A stretch of DNA of 63,980 nucleotides, filler included, from a bacterium (GCA_037439705.1; 13 parts of 13 records of this genome joined end to end with filler, not necessarily neighbours in it), one strand, 5' to 3'; positions 29,366 to 41,643 are shown, counted from the whole stretch's first letter. Notes: a model not told the origin generated them from the letters alone. Numbers and translations are program-made.

Positions 29366-31531
29366 CCCCCTCCCAACACACCCCCCTGCCCGACGCTCCA
29401 TAGGGCATAATATATCTGTCCGAGGGAGATGGATTCGTCTCCTGGAGAGAATTTCTCGTGGGTGTAGATTGAAATTCCCTCTTTCTCTGCCAATTCCATA
29501 ATTTTTCTTAAAAGGTAGGCATTAAGAAAAACTCCTCCCGAGATTATAACCCTCTTTATTCCAAACCTTTCAATGGATAGTTTTGACACCTTTATTATCA
29601 TATCCGAGATGGTATTGTGAAATTTTGAGGATATTACTCCATTTTCTTCACGCTCATTTATTATTTCTTCTATCATAGGGCAAAAATCAATCTCTTCCTC
29701 CTTTATTTCGTAAGGGTATATTTCATTCACTCCTTCTTTTGTTTCTGATTCAAGCTTCATACACGCTTCAGCCTCATAGTCAATTCTTATAGGAGAGATT
29801 CCAAGGATTGCGGAGACCGCATCAAATAGTCTTCCCACAGATGAGGTGAGGGGTGAGTTTATCCCCTTTTTAATTGCCATTAAGGCGCCTTTTATCTTTG
29901 AGCCCTCTATTTCAGGGTATTTTTCCTTTATTATCTTTATTCCCTCTTCTCCTTTTGAATGAAGAATGTAAGAAAGTGCCATCCTCCATGGTTCTTTTGT
30001 TGAAAGGTCTCCGCCCTGCTGCGGTATGTATTTTAAGTGAAAAATCCTTTTTATTTTTCCATTTCCACCCACAAAAAACTCTCCACCCCAGATTTTTCCG
30101 TCTTCTCCGTATCCAACCCCATCAAAACTTATTCCAAGAAAGGGTTCATCGGGATTTAAGGAGCCTTCAGCAAGAACTGAAAATATGTGGGATATGTGGT
30201 GCTGAACCTTCATAGATGGTTTTCCCCATTCCTCTGCAATTTTTGTTGTTGTGAATTGAGGATGGAGGTCGCATATAATGATATCAGGAGAGAAAGAGTA
30301 AAGGGAGAAGAAGTGCTGTAGGACCTCATCAAGATATTTCTGGTTTCTTATGTCCTTCATATCGCCGAGATATTGACTTGTTATTATGTATCCTTCTTTG
30401 AAAATAGATATTGTGTTCTTTAATTCTCCACCCAGAGCAAGAAGGTTTAATTTTGAGGAACTTTTCACTTCAAGGGGTTCAGGCACATATCCCCTTCCCC
30501 TTCTCAAAAAAACCTTTTTTCCACTCACAACCTTAAGAACGCTGTCATCACATCTCATTGCTATTTCCCTGTTATGGGTGAGAACACAATCCGAAAGTTC
30601 ATAAACTCCTTCTCTCTCATCCTTTATTATGGGGCTCTCCTTGAGGTTTGCGCTCGTGGCAATGATTAATGGAATCTCCTCCATTATAAGGGCATGAAGG
30701 GGAGTATAGGGGAGCATAATTCCGTAGGTGTTTATTCCCGGTGAAATTCCTTCAATCTCAATTTTCTTTTTTAAAAGAACAATCGGCCTCTGCGGAGAAA
30801 GAAGAATCCTTCTCTCATCTTCATTTATGAATGCTATTTTTTCTATCTCATCAATATCTCTTGCCATAAGGGCAAATGGTTTCCTTTCCCTTTTTTTGAG
30901 TTCCCTTAACCTATGCAGTGCATCTTTCTTTAAAGGGTCGCATAGGAGGTGAAATCCTCCGAGGCTTTTTAAAGCAACAACCTTTCCCTCCTTTATTCTT
31001 TCAATTGCCATTTTTATTCCATCTGAAAAATGCTTTCCATTTTCTATGAATTCAATCCTTGGACCACAGGATGGACAGGCATTTGGTTCAGCATGAAACC
31101 TTCTGCTCATCTGGTCTTCATACTCCCTTCTGCATTCCTCGCACATCTTGAAAGTTCTCATCGTTGTTTTTTCTCTGTCGTATGGAAGTTCTTTTATTAT
31201 TGTCCACCTCGGACCACAGTTTGTGCAGTTTATAAATGGATACCTGAACCTCCTGTCCGATGGATTGAATAGTTCATCAAGGCATTCAGTGCATGTGAAG
31301 AGGTCAGGTGGAGCAAAGACAATGGATTCGCCCTCTTTCGTTTTTAGGATTAAGAAATCTTTAAAACCTTTTATCTCCTCATCAAAAATTTTTATGCTGT
31401 CTATCCTTGCATTAATTGGTGCCTCCATTTTTAGACGCTCAACAAAATCAGAGTGGGTGTTTTCACCCTCTATGTGGATTTCAACACCCATAGGGGTATT
31501 CCTTACAAACCCTTTAAAACCCATTTCTTTT
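29329..31531 (-). CDS. hypF: Carbamoyltransferase HypF ([NiFe]-hydrogenase maturation); 5' end truncated
   Basis: CTECLDE...YPFINCTNCGPR, RRFHAEPNACPSCGP, KSLGGFHL, QHHISH, DGVGYG, SLGQ. Confidence 0.93.
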
Positions 31532-31631
31532 NNNNNNNNNNNNNNNNNNNNNNNNNNNNNNNNNNNNNNNNNNNNTTAATTAATTAANNNNNNNNNNNNN
31601 NNNNNNNNNNNNNNNNNNNNNNNNNNNNNNN

Positions 31632-32135
31632 AGATATTCCGCAGAAGGTGTATGCCTCTTTTCCTTCCTCCGGAAAAAACTCATCCACCTCACCTTCTTT
31701 CAGAGAAACATCCCTTGAAACTCCTTTGCACACCACAATTGTTACTTGATTTCCCTTATTCCTGTGAACCGAATAAACCTTTTGAAGGTTGAGGTCTATT
31801 ATAATGTCGCTGTTCATAACACAAATTGTTTTTCCGTTTAAAAGGGGAAGGGCTTTCCTTATGCCCCCGAGAGTTCCCATGAGTTCCTCCTCCTCGCTGT
31901 AAAATATGGAAACTCCGAACCTTTTTCCGTATTCCAGATAGTCCTTTATCTCTTTTCCCAGATGATGAAGATTTATTACTATTTTTTTAATGCCCGATTC
32001 CCTCATCATCTCAATACATCTCAAAATTAAGGGTTTGCCTTCTACCAGTATGAGCGGTTTGGGAATGAGGTCAGTAAGGGGGTTCAGCCTTTCTCCCTTA
32101 CCGGCTGAAAGAATCATTCCAACAAGTTCATCCAT
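31632..32135 (-). CDS. murU: MurU-like nucleotidyltransferase; 3' end truncated
   Basis: MILSAGKGERLNPLT, IPKPL, INLHHL; directly follows an AmgK-like kinase. Confidence 0.7.
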
Positions 32136-33960
32136 AGAGGGTTTCCCTTCTTTTTTCCAGAATTTTCACGGTTTCCTTTAATCCAAGTTTTTTTGCATTT
32201 CTTATTGCCTTTTTTATAGTGGGAAAAAGAAACCTCAAAAAATAGGGATTCTTTTTTTCCTCGTTTATAAAAACAAACCTTCCAAACGCCTTCAGATTCC
32301 TGTGAACTGCATTGAGAAGAAGATTTTTTTTAAAAATTTCTTTTTCCTCGTTTATTATATTCTTTGATAATTCAAAGTAAAAATCAATGAGAAAGTTCTC
32401 AAATTCTTCATCAAATTCTGTATAGGAATCAAAAACAAGTGAAGCCAGGTCATAATGTGGAGGACCCATAAGGGCATCCTGAAAATCAACCAGGTAAATT
32501 TTCTCATCCCTGACAATGATGTTCTTTGAATGGTAGTCCCTGTGGCAGAAGAGGTATTTAAGAGAAGATATTTTCTTACAGATTGAGAAGAGCTCCTCTC
32601 TGACTTCTTCAGGAACTTCCATTTCTTTCAAACCGTACTGAAGAAAATGCTCCATCTCCCATCTTAAAGTTTCTTCCGAGAAACTCCTCTTAAAGGTTAT
32701 AGAATCTCCCTTAAGAATTTGAAGTTTTACAAGGAGTTCCAGCGAATTCCGGTAAAATTTTTCCATTTCACTTTCTTTAAGAAGGTAAAGGTCTTCAAGA
32801 ATCAGGTCTCCTTCATCTTCAAGAAAAAACAGATTTCTTTCTTTGTCCTCTATCAAAATTTCAGGAACCGGTATTTCATTGTTTCTCAGCAAGGAGTAAA
32901 TATCAAGAAAAGATGTAAGCATTCTCTGAGGATTCTGGGTTTCTATCTTTTCTTCCATTCCGCTTTCACGTGGAATCCTCATTACCACATATTTTTTACC
33001 TCTTTCTGTGATTGCCCTTGTGTATGTCCTTATTGAAGCATCTCCCTTCATAGGGATGAAATTCAGGAGCTCATCGCCTGTCGCAGAAACGGAGTTTTTA
33101 ACATCTCTCTTTAAATCCTTGAAATTCTTTTTTCCCATATTTATGGCACTTAAAAGCCCTCCTGCACACTTTGCGGAAAATAGGAGGTCTTTTCTTATAT
33201 CTTCCCATTCCTTCACAGGACCAACTTCAAGAACAAGAACAGGGTTTCCCTCCCATATTTTTTCATATACTAACTCCATGGGACATGAACCTCTATAAGG
33301 AAGAAGATGAGTATCCTCCCTACCGTTGTTATCCGCAAGATGAAACTCAAAAATGCCCTGAGAATCTATCTCTTTAAAAATCTGCCATTCTCCCGAAATG
33401 TTCAGATGACCTATGTCAACGCACAGACCGAAGGATTCTGTTCCGAATTCTTCTAAAATTTTTAAAGCATCTGAAAGCCTCGTCCTCTCCCTGAAACCAT
33501 TTTCAAGCGCAATTCTGACCCTGAGCTCTTCTGCTTTTTTTATCAGTTCTGAAAGGCTTTTTCTCAGACTATCCCCGGATGAACCTGGAAGTTCCATTCC
33601 CGTATGAAGAACCATTATTTCCGATCCAACCTCTTTCCCCTTAACCATTGCCTTAAATGTTTCTTTTACAGCAAACTTTCTCCTCTCTTCGTTTGAATCT
33701 GATATTGAGAATCTTCCCCTTTTTTCAGGAAATGGAGATACAAATTCATAAAATGGTAGGTGGAGGGAACTTACTGTGAGTCCAATCCTGGTCAAATTCC
33801 TTCTTAATTCTTCAATAAATTTCTCATCTTCATAATTAAAATGCGGCTTCATCCCCCATATTTCTATCAAATCAAATCCGAACCTCTTAACTATTTCCAG
33901 ATTTCCTGTGTCAAGTGGATGAAATGGAAAAAGGTGGGTTGAAAGACTTATCCATCTCAT
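32128..33960 (-). CDS. Fusion of a xylose-isomerase-like TIM barrel and an AmgK-like (APH family) sugar kinase
   Basis: N half: SLHLP, VLHTG, IALEN, CVDIGH, FHLADNNGREDTH. C half: GDASIRTYTR, HRDYHSKN, VDFQDALMGP, YDLASL, RNLKAFGRF. Start ATG 33960 overlaps the lnt stop (ATGA). Confidence 0.8.
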   Translation of the reverse strand: MRWISLSTHLFPFHPLDTGNLEIVKRFGFDLIEIWGMKPHFNYEDEKFIEELRRNLTRIGLTVSSLHLPFYEFVSPFPEKRGRFSISDSNEERRKFAVKETFKAMVKGKEVGSEIMVLHTGMELPGSSGDSLRKSLSELIKKAEELRVRIALENGFRERTRLSDALKILEEFGTESFGLCVDIGHLNISGEWQIFKEIDSQGIFEFHLADNNGREDTHLLPYRGSCPMELVYEKIWEGNPVLVLEVGPVKEWEDIRKDLLFSAKCAGGLLSAINMGKKNFKDLKRDVKNSVSATGDELLNFIPMKGDASIRTYTRAITERGKKYVVMRIPRESGMEEKIETQNPQRMLTSFLDIYSLLRNNEIPVPEILIEDKERNLFFLEDEGDLILEDLYLLKESEMEKFYRNSLELLVKLQILKGDSITFKRSFSEETLRWEMEHFLQYGLKEMEVPEEVREELFSICKKISSLKYLFCHRDYHSKNIIVRDEKIYLVDFQDALMGPPHYDLASLVFDSYTEFDEEFENFLIDFYFELSKNIINEEKEIFKKNLLLNAVHRNLKAFGRFVFINEEKKNPYFLRFLFPTIKKAIRNAKKLGLKETVKILEKRRETLYG

Positions 33961-35498
33961 GTTGTCCTCCTCTGAATCAGGTTCAGGGTGAGGAAAAACA
34001 GGGTAAGGAAAACACATAGCCAGGCAAAGACATCTCCGTTTCTCGAATAAAATGTCGGAATATTTAAGAAATTCACCTCTCCTGAAATTGCGGTTCTTTT
34101 GAAAATTGGGGTTGGATTCTTTATCTCTCCATAAGGGGTTATAAGAGCACTAACACCTGTATTAGCACATCTCGCAGTCCACACCCTGTTCTCAACAGAC
34201 CTGAAAGCTGCCATTGAAATGTGCTGATAGGGAGCAGATGTCTTTCCGAACCATGCATCATTGGTTATGTTTACAAAAATTTCTGCTCCCATCTTTTTGA
34301 AAAGGCGAACGAGTTCAGGGAAAATTGCTTCGTAGCATATATATCCTCCTATAAGGTGTCCATCGTATGGAAGGAGTTTTATTTCCCTCCCAGGGTCCAT
34401 ATCTCCCATTGCAGAAACAAACCTTTTTGCAAATTTAAAAATTTTCTTCAAAGGAATGTATTCGCCAAATGGAACAAGGTGAAGTTTATCATAGTAAAAC
34501 TCCTTACCATCCCGGTTTATGAGATAAATTCTGTTATGATAGGAAATTCCCTTTTTATGTCTTGTATAAGCAGGGCTTCCAAAAATGAGTGCGGTTGAAG
34601 AATTGATAACAAGATTTCTCATCAAGTCTTTATACCTTCTGTCATGCTGATAGAAAAATGGAACCGCGGTTTCCGGCCATACAATCATTTCTGCTCCATT
34701 TTCCACAGATTCTCTGTATAAAGAAAGATAAACACTCATTGTGAGCTCTGTATATTCTGGTGACCACTTTATGTCCTGTTCAAAGTTTCCCTGAATAAGC
34801 GAAATTCTCTTTTTCTCACTATTATTTATAACTTCTTTTATCTCTGAAATTCTTTGAGTGCCATAAAGATAGGATAGAGCGGTAAAAATAAAAGTAAATA
34901 AGAAAGAGAAAATTATTCCAGAAGAGATTGGTTTTTTCATAATTGCAAAATGGATTTCATGAAGAAATTCCCCTGCGAGAATAACAAGGAAGGATACACC
35001 GTAAACCCCTGTGATATCACTTATCTGAATGAGTGGTAAAACTTTATAAAGGGAATATCCGATAAGAGCCCATGGAAAACCGGTGAAAACGCGGGCTTTA
35101 AGAAATTCGAGAAAGACCCAGGAAACGGGAATAAGAAAAAATTTCAAATTCGGATATCTGAAATGGAAAATTTTTGAAATAATTCCAAACAATCCCCAGT
35201 AAATGGAGAGATAAAAACAGAGAATAAAATACAGGAGAATACTGAACGGATAAGACAGGTTACCATAAACGGTCATGGTTGGCACAAGCCAGTATAAAAG
35301 GAGAAGACTGGCGGAGAGTCCGGAGATGAAAGGAACTACAGGACCGCATTCAATAGAAAGGTAAATAAGAATTGCTACAGAAAAAGGCATAAGGAACCAG
35401 AGTTCAAATTTCGGAAAACTCAGACCGTAAAGTATACCTGATAAAATAGCGAGTAAAAAAATCAGCCACCACCTTCTTCCAGAATAAAAGAGTTTCAA
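33957..35498 (-). CDS. lnt: Apolipoprotein N-acyltransferase
   Basis: TGFPW, QGN, WPETA, YDKLHLVPFGEY, ICYE, TNDAWFG, ANTGVS. Confidence 0.93.
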   Translation of the reverse strand: MKLFYSGRRWWLIFLLAILSGILYGLSFPKFELWFLMPFSVAILIYLSIECGPVVPFISGLSASLLLLYWLVPTMTVYGNLSYPFSILLYFILCFYLSIYWGLFGIISKIFHFRYPNLKFFLIPVSWVFLEFLKARVFTGFPWALIGYSLYKVLPLIQISDITGVYGVSFLVILAGEFLHEIHFAIMKKPISSGIIFSFLFTFIFTALSYLYGTQRISEIKEVINNSEKKRISLIQGNFEQDIKWSPEYTELTMSVYLSLYRESVENGAEMIVWPETAVPFFYQHDRRYKDLMRNLVINSSTALIFGSPAYTRHKKGISYHNRIYLINRDGKEFYYDKLHLVPFGEYIPLKKIFKFAKRFVSAMGDMDPGREIKLLPYDGHLIGGYICYEAIFPELVRLFKKMGAEIFVNITNDAWFGKTSAPYQHISMAAFRSVENRVWTARCANTGVSALITPYGEIKNPTPIFKRTAISGEVNFLNIPTFYSRNGDVFAWLCVFLTLFFLTLNLIQRRTT

Positions 35499-35980
35499 AT
35501 TTTCACCCCCTCTATCCGAAGCATTATTCTCTTAAGGTTTATACCTCCTGTAAAACCACCGGGACCATTTTTTGAAATCACCCTGTGGCAGGGAATAACC
35601 AATGGGGTTTCGTTTAAGGAAAGCGCATTTCCCACTGCTCTGAAAGAGAAAGGTGAACCAATTCCTTCCGCTACCTCCTTATATGTTAACACAGTTCCCC
35701 ATCCCACATTCTCCTTCAAAAAAGTGTAAACCATTCTTCTGAAAGGAGAAAAAGGAAGTCTAATAGGATAAATGGAGAAATAGCAGAATTTTCCTGAATC
35801 AAAATATAGCCTTACCACTCGGAGAAACTCTTTTAAAAGCGGAGTCCTTCTTTTCTCATAATCCGGTTCAAAAATCATAATCTCCTTTTTCCGCGGAAGG
35901 AAAACTCTTATCAAAGTATCATCCTCTTCCATTGCTGAGACGAAGCCATACTCCGTTTTTTCAACCCAGTAGTATTTCAT
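35495..35980 (-). CDS. ogt: Methylated-DNA--protein-cysteine methyltransferase
   Basis: TYKEVA, RAVGNAL, IPCHRV active site. Confidence 0.85.
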   Translation of the reverse strand: MKYYWVEKTEYGFVSAMEEDDTLIRVFLPRKKEIMIFEPDYEKRRTPLLKEFLRVVRLYFDSGKFCYFSIYPIRLPFSPFRRMVYTFLKENVGWGTVLTYKEVAEGIGSPFSFRAVGNALSLNETPLVIPCHRVISKNGPGGFTGGINLKRIMLRIEGVKI

Positions 35981-36107
35981 AATTCTTCAAAATTCTATAT
36001 TTTCACACATAAAAAATCTCATCAAGGAATTGATACAAAATAATCTGGGAAAGAGGGGCAAAAACATGGTTTAAAAACCCGCCTCTTACTTTGTATAGAG
36101 ATGGTTA

Positions 36108-36575
36108 TCACCCTTTCATGAAAATTCGAAAAAGCCTCTTTGCACTTTCAGACCCCATAATTCCTGTGGCACTCAGATATACGCCCCCGCCTGCAATAAT
36201 CTCAAAAGCGAGAAAAATTCCTGTCTTAAATTTTCCATACACTTCTCCAAAAATCGTCCTTGAAAAATAAAGGAAAACAGCCATTATGATACCGCCACAG
36301 ATCTGTTTCAGAATCTCCTGGGCATTAAAAATAGAACCCACATCCCTTTTTTTAAGAGCGCCCCAAAGAAAGAAAAAATTTGCAAGGGATGAAAGAGATG
36401 TAGCAAGAGCGAGTCCATTGTGCTCGAGAAGAGGTGAAAGGACGAAGCATAAGCCTGCATTTATTATAAAAGTATAAAAGGCGAAAATCGCCGGGGTTTT
36501 AAAGTCCCTTTTGGCATAAAGAAACTGGTTCAAAATCCTTGAAAAGGCAACAGGAATAAGTCCGATTGTATATGC
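36108..36575 (-). CDS. murJ: Lipid II flippase MurJ, C-terminal fragment
   Basis: FLYAKRDFKTP, HNGLALATSLS; multi-TM; open to the contig end. Confidence 0.75.
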   Translation of the reverse strand, partial: AYTIGLIPVAFSRILNQFLYAKRDFKTPAIFAFYTFIINAGLCFVLSPLLEHNGLALATSLSSLANFFFLWGALKKRDVGSIFNAQEILKQICGGIIMAVFLYFSRTIFGEVYGKFKTGIFLAFEIIAGGGVYLSATGIMGSESAKRLFRIFMKG

Positions 36576-36675
36576 NNNNNNNNNNNNNNNNNNNNNNNNN
36601 NNNNNNNNNNNNNNNNNNNTTAATTAATTAANNNNNNNNNNNNNNNNNNNNNNNNNNNNNNNNNNNNNNNNNNNN

Positions 36676-36745
36676 AAAATCTTCTTCCCTCTTAAACAAA
36701 ATATAAATTCTCATACAAATGGATACTATCCATTAACCGATGACG
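36676..36745 (-). repeat. End of a family B element (inverted copy) at a contig start
   Basis: Reverse complement matches 6555-6624 with 4 mismatches in the outer 15 bp. Confidence 0.75.
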
Positions 36746-36830
36746 AAGGTGGAGAAATTGGGGGTGCCCAATGGAATTTTTTTTCAGCGAAAAATTGATT
36801 AAGGCTGATTTTTTTGTATAATCACTTCCC

Positions 36831-38270
36831 ATGGAATATGAGGGCGTAATCGGGCTTGAGGTTCATGCTCAATTGAAAACAAGGAGTAAGATGTTCTGTT
36901 CCTGTTCAACGGATTTTGGAGCACCTCCAAATTCCAACACCTGTCCCGTGTGTCTTGCTCTTCCTGGAAGTTTGCCTGTGATCAACAAAAAAGCAGTTGA
37001 ATATGGAATAATGGCTGCACTCGCTTTTAACTGTCAGATAAACAGAAAAAACATATTTGCCAGAAAGAATTACTTTTATCCCGACCTTCCAAAGGGTTAT
37101 CAGATATCACAGTATGAAGAACCACTGGCAGTCAATGGCTACCTCATTATAAAAACGGAAAATGGGGAGAGAAAAATAAGGATAAAAAGAGTTCATATGG
37201 AGGAGGATACGGGAAAACTCATACACGATGAGGAAGGAAAAGGATGGAGTTATGTTGATTTTAACAGAGCGGGAGTTCCACTTCTTGAAATAGTAACTGA
37301 GCCAAATATAAGGACTCCAGCTGAAGCAGAAAAATTTGTGAGAGAATTGAGACTCGTTCTTCTTTATCTCGGTATATGCGATGGAAATCTTGAAGAGGGA
37401 AGTTTGAGATGTGATGCAAATGTTTCTGTTAGACCGGTTGGTTCCACTAAACTTGGGACAAAAACAGAGATAAAAAACATGAATTCCTTTAAATTTATAG
37501 AGAAGGCTCTTGAATTTGAGATAAAGAGGCAGATAAACATTCTTGAGTCAAATGGAGAAGTGATTCAGGAAACGAGACTGTGGGATTCCGGGAAGGGTAT
37601 GACACTTCCTATGAGGACCAAGGAGGAGGCTCATGATTACAGATATTTTCCTGATCCCGATTTAATTCCTGTGTTTATTTCTGAGGAATGGATAGAGGAG
37701 ATAAAGAGGAAAATGCCATTGCTTCCAGAAGATGTAAGAAGAAAGTTCAAAGAGGAGTACGGTCTTCCCGATTATGATGTAGAGGTTCTGTCTTCTGACC
37801 CATTGCTTGCGAATTATTTTATGAAATGTGTTGAAATTTTTAATGCACCAAAAGAGATTTCAAACTGGATCATGGTTGAATTTCTGAAAAACATAAATGA
37901 AAGGTCAATTCCCATTGATAAGGCTAAAGTTCCTCCTGAGAATCTGGTAGAACTCATAAGGCTCGTTAACGAAGGGATTGTGTCCCGTTTGAAGGCGAAA
38001 GAGATTCTTGATGAGATGTTTGAAAGCGGAAAAAGAGCAGCTGAGATTGTTGCTGAGAGGGGATACCGACAGTTGAGTTCGGAAGAGGAACTTTCAAGAA
38101 TAGTTGATGAGGTTCTCGTTGAGAATGCAAAAGAGGTGACAAGGTATAAAAAGGGTGAAAAGAAACTTTTTGGTTTTTTCATGGGAAGGGTAATGAAAAA
38201 GAGTGGTGGAAATGCTTCTCCGGCAGTGTTGCAGAAAATTTTGAAAGAAAAACTTGATGAGTCCATATAG
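36831..38270 (+). CDS. gatB: Asp-tRNA(Asn)/Glu-tRNA(Gln) amidotransferase subunit B
   Basis: [49 protein letters not shown]. Confidence 0.96.
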   Translation: MEYEGVIGLEVHAQLKTRSKMFCSCSTDFGAPPNSNTCPVCLALPGSLPVINKKAVEYGIMAALAFNCQINRKNIFARKNYFYPDLPKGYQISQYEEPLAVNGYLIIKTENGERKIRIKRVHMEEDTGKLIHDEEGKGWSYVDFNRAGVPLLEIVTEPNIRTPAEAEKFVRELRLVLLYLGICDGNLEEGSLRCDANVSVRPVGSTKLGTKTEIKNMNSFKFIEKALEFEIKRQINILESNGEVIQETRLWDSGKGMTLPMRTKEEAHDYRYFPDPDLIPVFISEEWIEEIKRKMPLLPEDVRRKFKEEYGLPDYDVEVLSSDPLLANYFMKCVEIFNAPKEISNWIMVEFLKNINERSIPIDKAKVPPENLVELIRLVNEGIVSRLKAKEILDEMFESGKRAAEIVAERGYRQLSSEEELSRIVDEVLVENAKEVTRYKKGEKKLFGFFMGRVMKKSGGNASPAVLQKILKEKLDESI

Positions 38271-39303
38271 AAAAGAAATTTCACCTGTTATATGGAAGGA
38301 CAATTCCCTCTATCTCCTTGACCAGAGGAGGCTTCCTGAGGAAGAAAGGTTTTTACGGATAAGAACCCTTGATGAACTTATTGAATCAATAAAAAATATG
38401 ACTGTCCGGGGAGCACCGGCAATTGGAATAGCAGGTGCTTACGGGATTTTGCTCTATGTAAAGAAATTCAGGGGAAAGAAAGGGGAATTCATAAAAGGAC
38501 TACATGCTGTTGCAGAAAAAATTAAAAAAGCCCGTCCAACCGCTGTGAATCTATCGTGGGCAGTGGAAAGGATGATGAATTTAGTTGAGGATTCAAATTC
38601 TTTAGAGGAAATTAAAAAAAGGCTTGAGGAGGAGGCGAAAAAAATCCACGAGGAAGATATGAGGGCAAACAGAAAAATTGGAGAATATGGAGAAAAACTT
38701 ATAAAGGACGGATGGACAATTTTGACCCATTGCAACGCAGGTGCTCTCGCCACCGGAGGATATGGCACCGCCCTGGGGGTTATAAGAAGATGCGTTGAGA
38801 AGGGAAAGAATATAAAGGTATTTGCATGTGAGACAAGACCACTTCTTCAGGGTGCAAGACTTACAGCCTGGGAACTTAAAAGGGAAGGAATAGAGGTAAA
38901 GATAATTACGGATTCGTCAGCGGGATTTTTGATGAAAAATGGATTAATAAATGCAGTTATAGTGGGAGCGGACAGAATTGCGCTTAACGGGGATTTTGCC
39001 AATAAAATAGGAACATACGCTCTTGCAGCGCTTGCAAAAGAAAATCGTATTCCCTTCTATGTCGCAGCACCTTCTTCAACCTTTGACCTCAGGTTGAAGG
39101 ACGGCTCAGGAATTCCAATTGAAGAAAGAAATTAAGATGAGGTTCTTTTTATAAACGGGAAAAGGATTGCTCCTTACGGGGTTAGAGCGAAGAATTTTGC
39201 ATTTGATATGACGCCTTCTAAATATGTTGCAGCATTTATTACTGAAAAGGGCATAATTTCTAAACCATTTAAATCAAACATAAGAAAAATAATTGGAGGA
39301 TGA
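38254..39303 (+). pseudogene. mtnA: S-methyl-5-thioribose-1-phosphate isomerase with an in-frame TAA at 39133-39135
   Basis: VRGAPAIG, RPTAVNL, THCNAGALAT, ETRPLLQG, NKIGTY. After the TAA the same frame continues DEV...NFAFDMTP...ITEKG to TGA 39303. Could be a consensus error. Confidence 0.8.
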
Positions 39304-39352
39304 GGTCTCTTCAATTTGTGCTAAAAGTTCAATTTCTGTTAAAATATAAAAA

Positions 39353-41543
39353 ATGGATAAAAATTTGAAAGAAATAATATACGAATTCTCTCCGCATCCT
39401 GAAAGGACATTTTCTGCAGTTGAAAGGAGTGGATGGGAGAACCTTGGAAAGCTGACCCCCGGCGGGCTGAAAAACTTTGCATGGATAACAGGATTCTCAG
39501 GATTTCTCACGAGATTTCTGGTTCAGAATCCGAGAGAGGTTCTGTTTGTCAATGAGATAAAACCAGGGGAAATAGATGTGGAGACTCATATAAGGAGGAT
39601 GAAAGAGAAGATAAGCGATGCTCCAATTTTAACAATGTTAAAGTATAAGTACCGGGAGCTTTTGAGGATAGCGATTATGGAAGGAGAGATAAGTGGATAT
39701 GAAAATTATTTGAGGGTTTTAAGGGAACTCTCTTCACTTTATGAAGCCATTATATTGATTTTGCATGAAATGGTCTGTGAGAACACGGTTCCAATTTACA
39801 TTTATGCACTTGGAAAACTGGGTTCAAGGGAAATAAACCTTTCTTCCGATGTTGACCTCCTCTTCATAAAAGAGGATTCATACCCTCAGGAAGAAGCGGA
39901 AAGGAAGGTAAGACAGCTTATCAACCTTCTCACATCAACGAGGGAATACGGATTTTTGATGAGAATTGATACAGACATAAGACCATACGGTAAATATGGA
40001 CCACTTCTCCCTTCCATATCCTCTGCAGTGGATTATTACCTCACCAGAGGACAGACATGGGAGAGATATGCGCTTTTGAGGATGAGACCTCTTGCGGGCG
40101 GAAATGAATCGTTTGAGAAGGCAATAGAATATTTTGTATTCAGAAAGTTTCTTGACTGGACAACTATAGATGAAATGGCTTTTCTGAAAGAAGAACTAGA
40201 AAAGGAAGGGATGGTAAAAGGAAAAGAGTGGAACATAAAAACTGGTAGGGGTGGAATAAGGGAGATTGAGTTTTTTGTTCAGACCCTCCAGATTGCATAC
40301 GGCGGAAGGTTTAAATCCCTCCGAAAAAAGGACATATCTGTTTTGAATGATATGGTAAAAGAAGGAATTATAGAAGGAAAAACAGCCCAAGAATTGAACT
40401 CTTCATATCTTTTTTTGAGAAGGCTTGAGAACATACTTCAATGGGAAGAGGAGATAAGAACCCATACTATTTCTTTTGATGATAAAGAGATATCATTGTT
40501 ATCAAAAAAGATGAAGATGGAAAGCGAGGAGTTCCTTGAAAAGATTCATCAAATTCGTTCAACTGTATCAGATTTGTTTGATTCTCTTTTTAAGAAGTTT
40601 TCAGGTACAGAAAGAATAGAATTTTCAGACCTTTCCTCTGAGGATATTGAAAAACTTGAAGGATTTTTAAAGGAAGCAAAAGAGAAAAATCCTCCAAATA
40701 TGTATCAAAGAATGAAAAAAATAATTGAATATGCGACAAAAGAAGCAAAGGGGAAAGCTGGATTTTCAAGAACTCTTAACGCCTTCATTGATTTGCTCTC
40801 GGGCTTGAAAATTTCCGCTTATTTGTACTTCCTGTCCGAAAGCCCGAAGGCAGTTCAGATGATTCTTGAAATGCTGCCAAGAAGTCCTTTTATAAGTTCA
40901 TTTTTGAAGAAAAATCCATGGCTTATTGAAAGTCTTGTTCAACCGGCATTTCCTGAGGAGGAGTTTAAAGCGACATATTTAAAAGAAAACCTGTTCTCCA
41001 GGCTGGAAAAAGCAGAAGACTTAGAAGAATGCCTTGAGACCATGGTGCGTTTCAAAAACGAGTTTACATTTGAAATTTTGAGAGATGATTTATTAAAAGG
41101 AATCCCCCTTCAGGATGTATTTTTTAAACTTTCGGTTCTGGCGGATGTTTTGATTACAGGTTCTATGGGCATTGCCAAGGCAATTTCTGAAAAGAAAAAT
41201 AATTTTGTCGGTTCCATCAGAGAGGTTGAAGAAATTCCAGTAATTCTTGTTGGAATGGGAAAGTATGGTGGAATGGAACTGAACTATTTTTCAGATGTTG
41301 ACATGATATTTCTGTATGAAGGAGATAGTGTGGAGCACGAAAAGGTTGTGAAAATGGTTCAGAAATTTATCTCCGGCCTTACAACTCCTACTGGTGAAGG
41401 GTGGCTTTATAAGGTGGATACAAGATTGAGACCTTCCGGAGAAGGGGGACCGCTTGTTTCCTCCATTTCAGCATTTGAAGAATATCACAAATCTTCTTCA
41501 AGGACATGGGAAAAACAGGCACTTATGAAGGCAAGGGTGGTAC
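39353..41543 (+). CDS. glnE: Glutamine synthetase adenylyltransferase; 3' end truncated
   Basis: Two nucleotidyltransferase domains: LGKLGSREINLSSDVDL and MGKYGGMELNYFSDVD; NIKTGRGGIREIEF; DTRLRPSG; WEKQAL. Confidence 0.88.
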
Positions 41544-41643
41544 NNNNNNNNNNNNNNNNNNNNNNNNNNNNNNNNNNNNNNNNNNNNTTAATTAATTAAN
41601 NNNNNNNNNNNNNNNNNNNNNNNNNNNNNNNNNNNNNNNNNNN

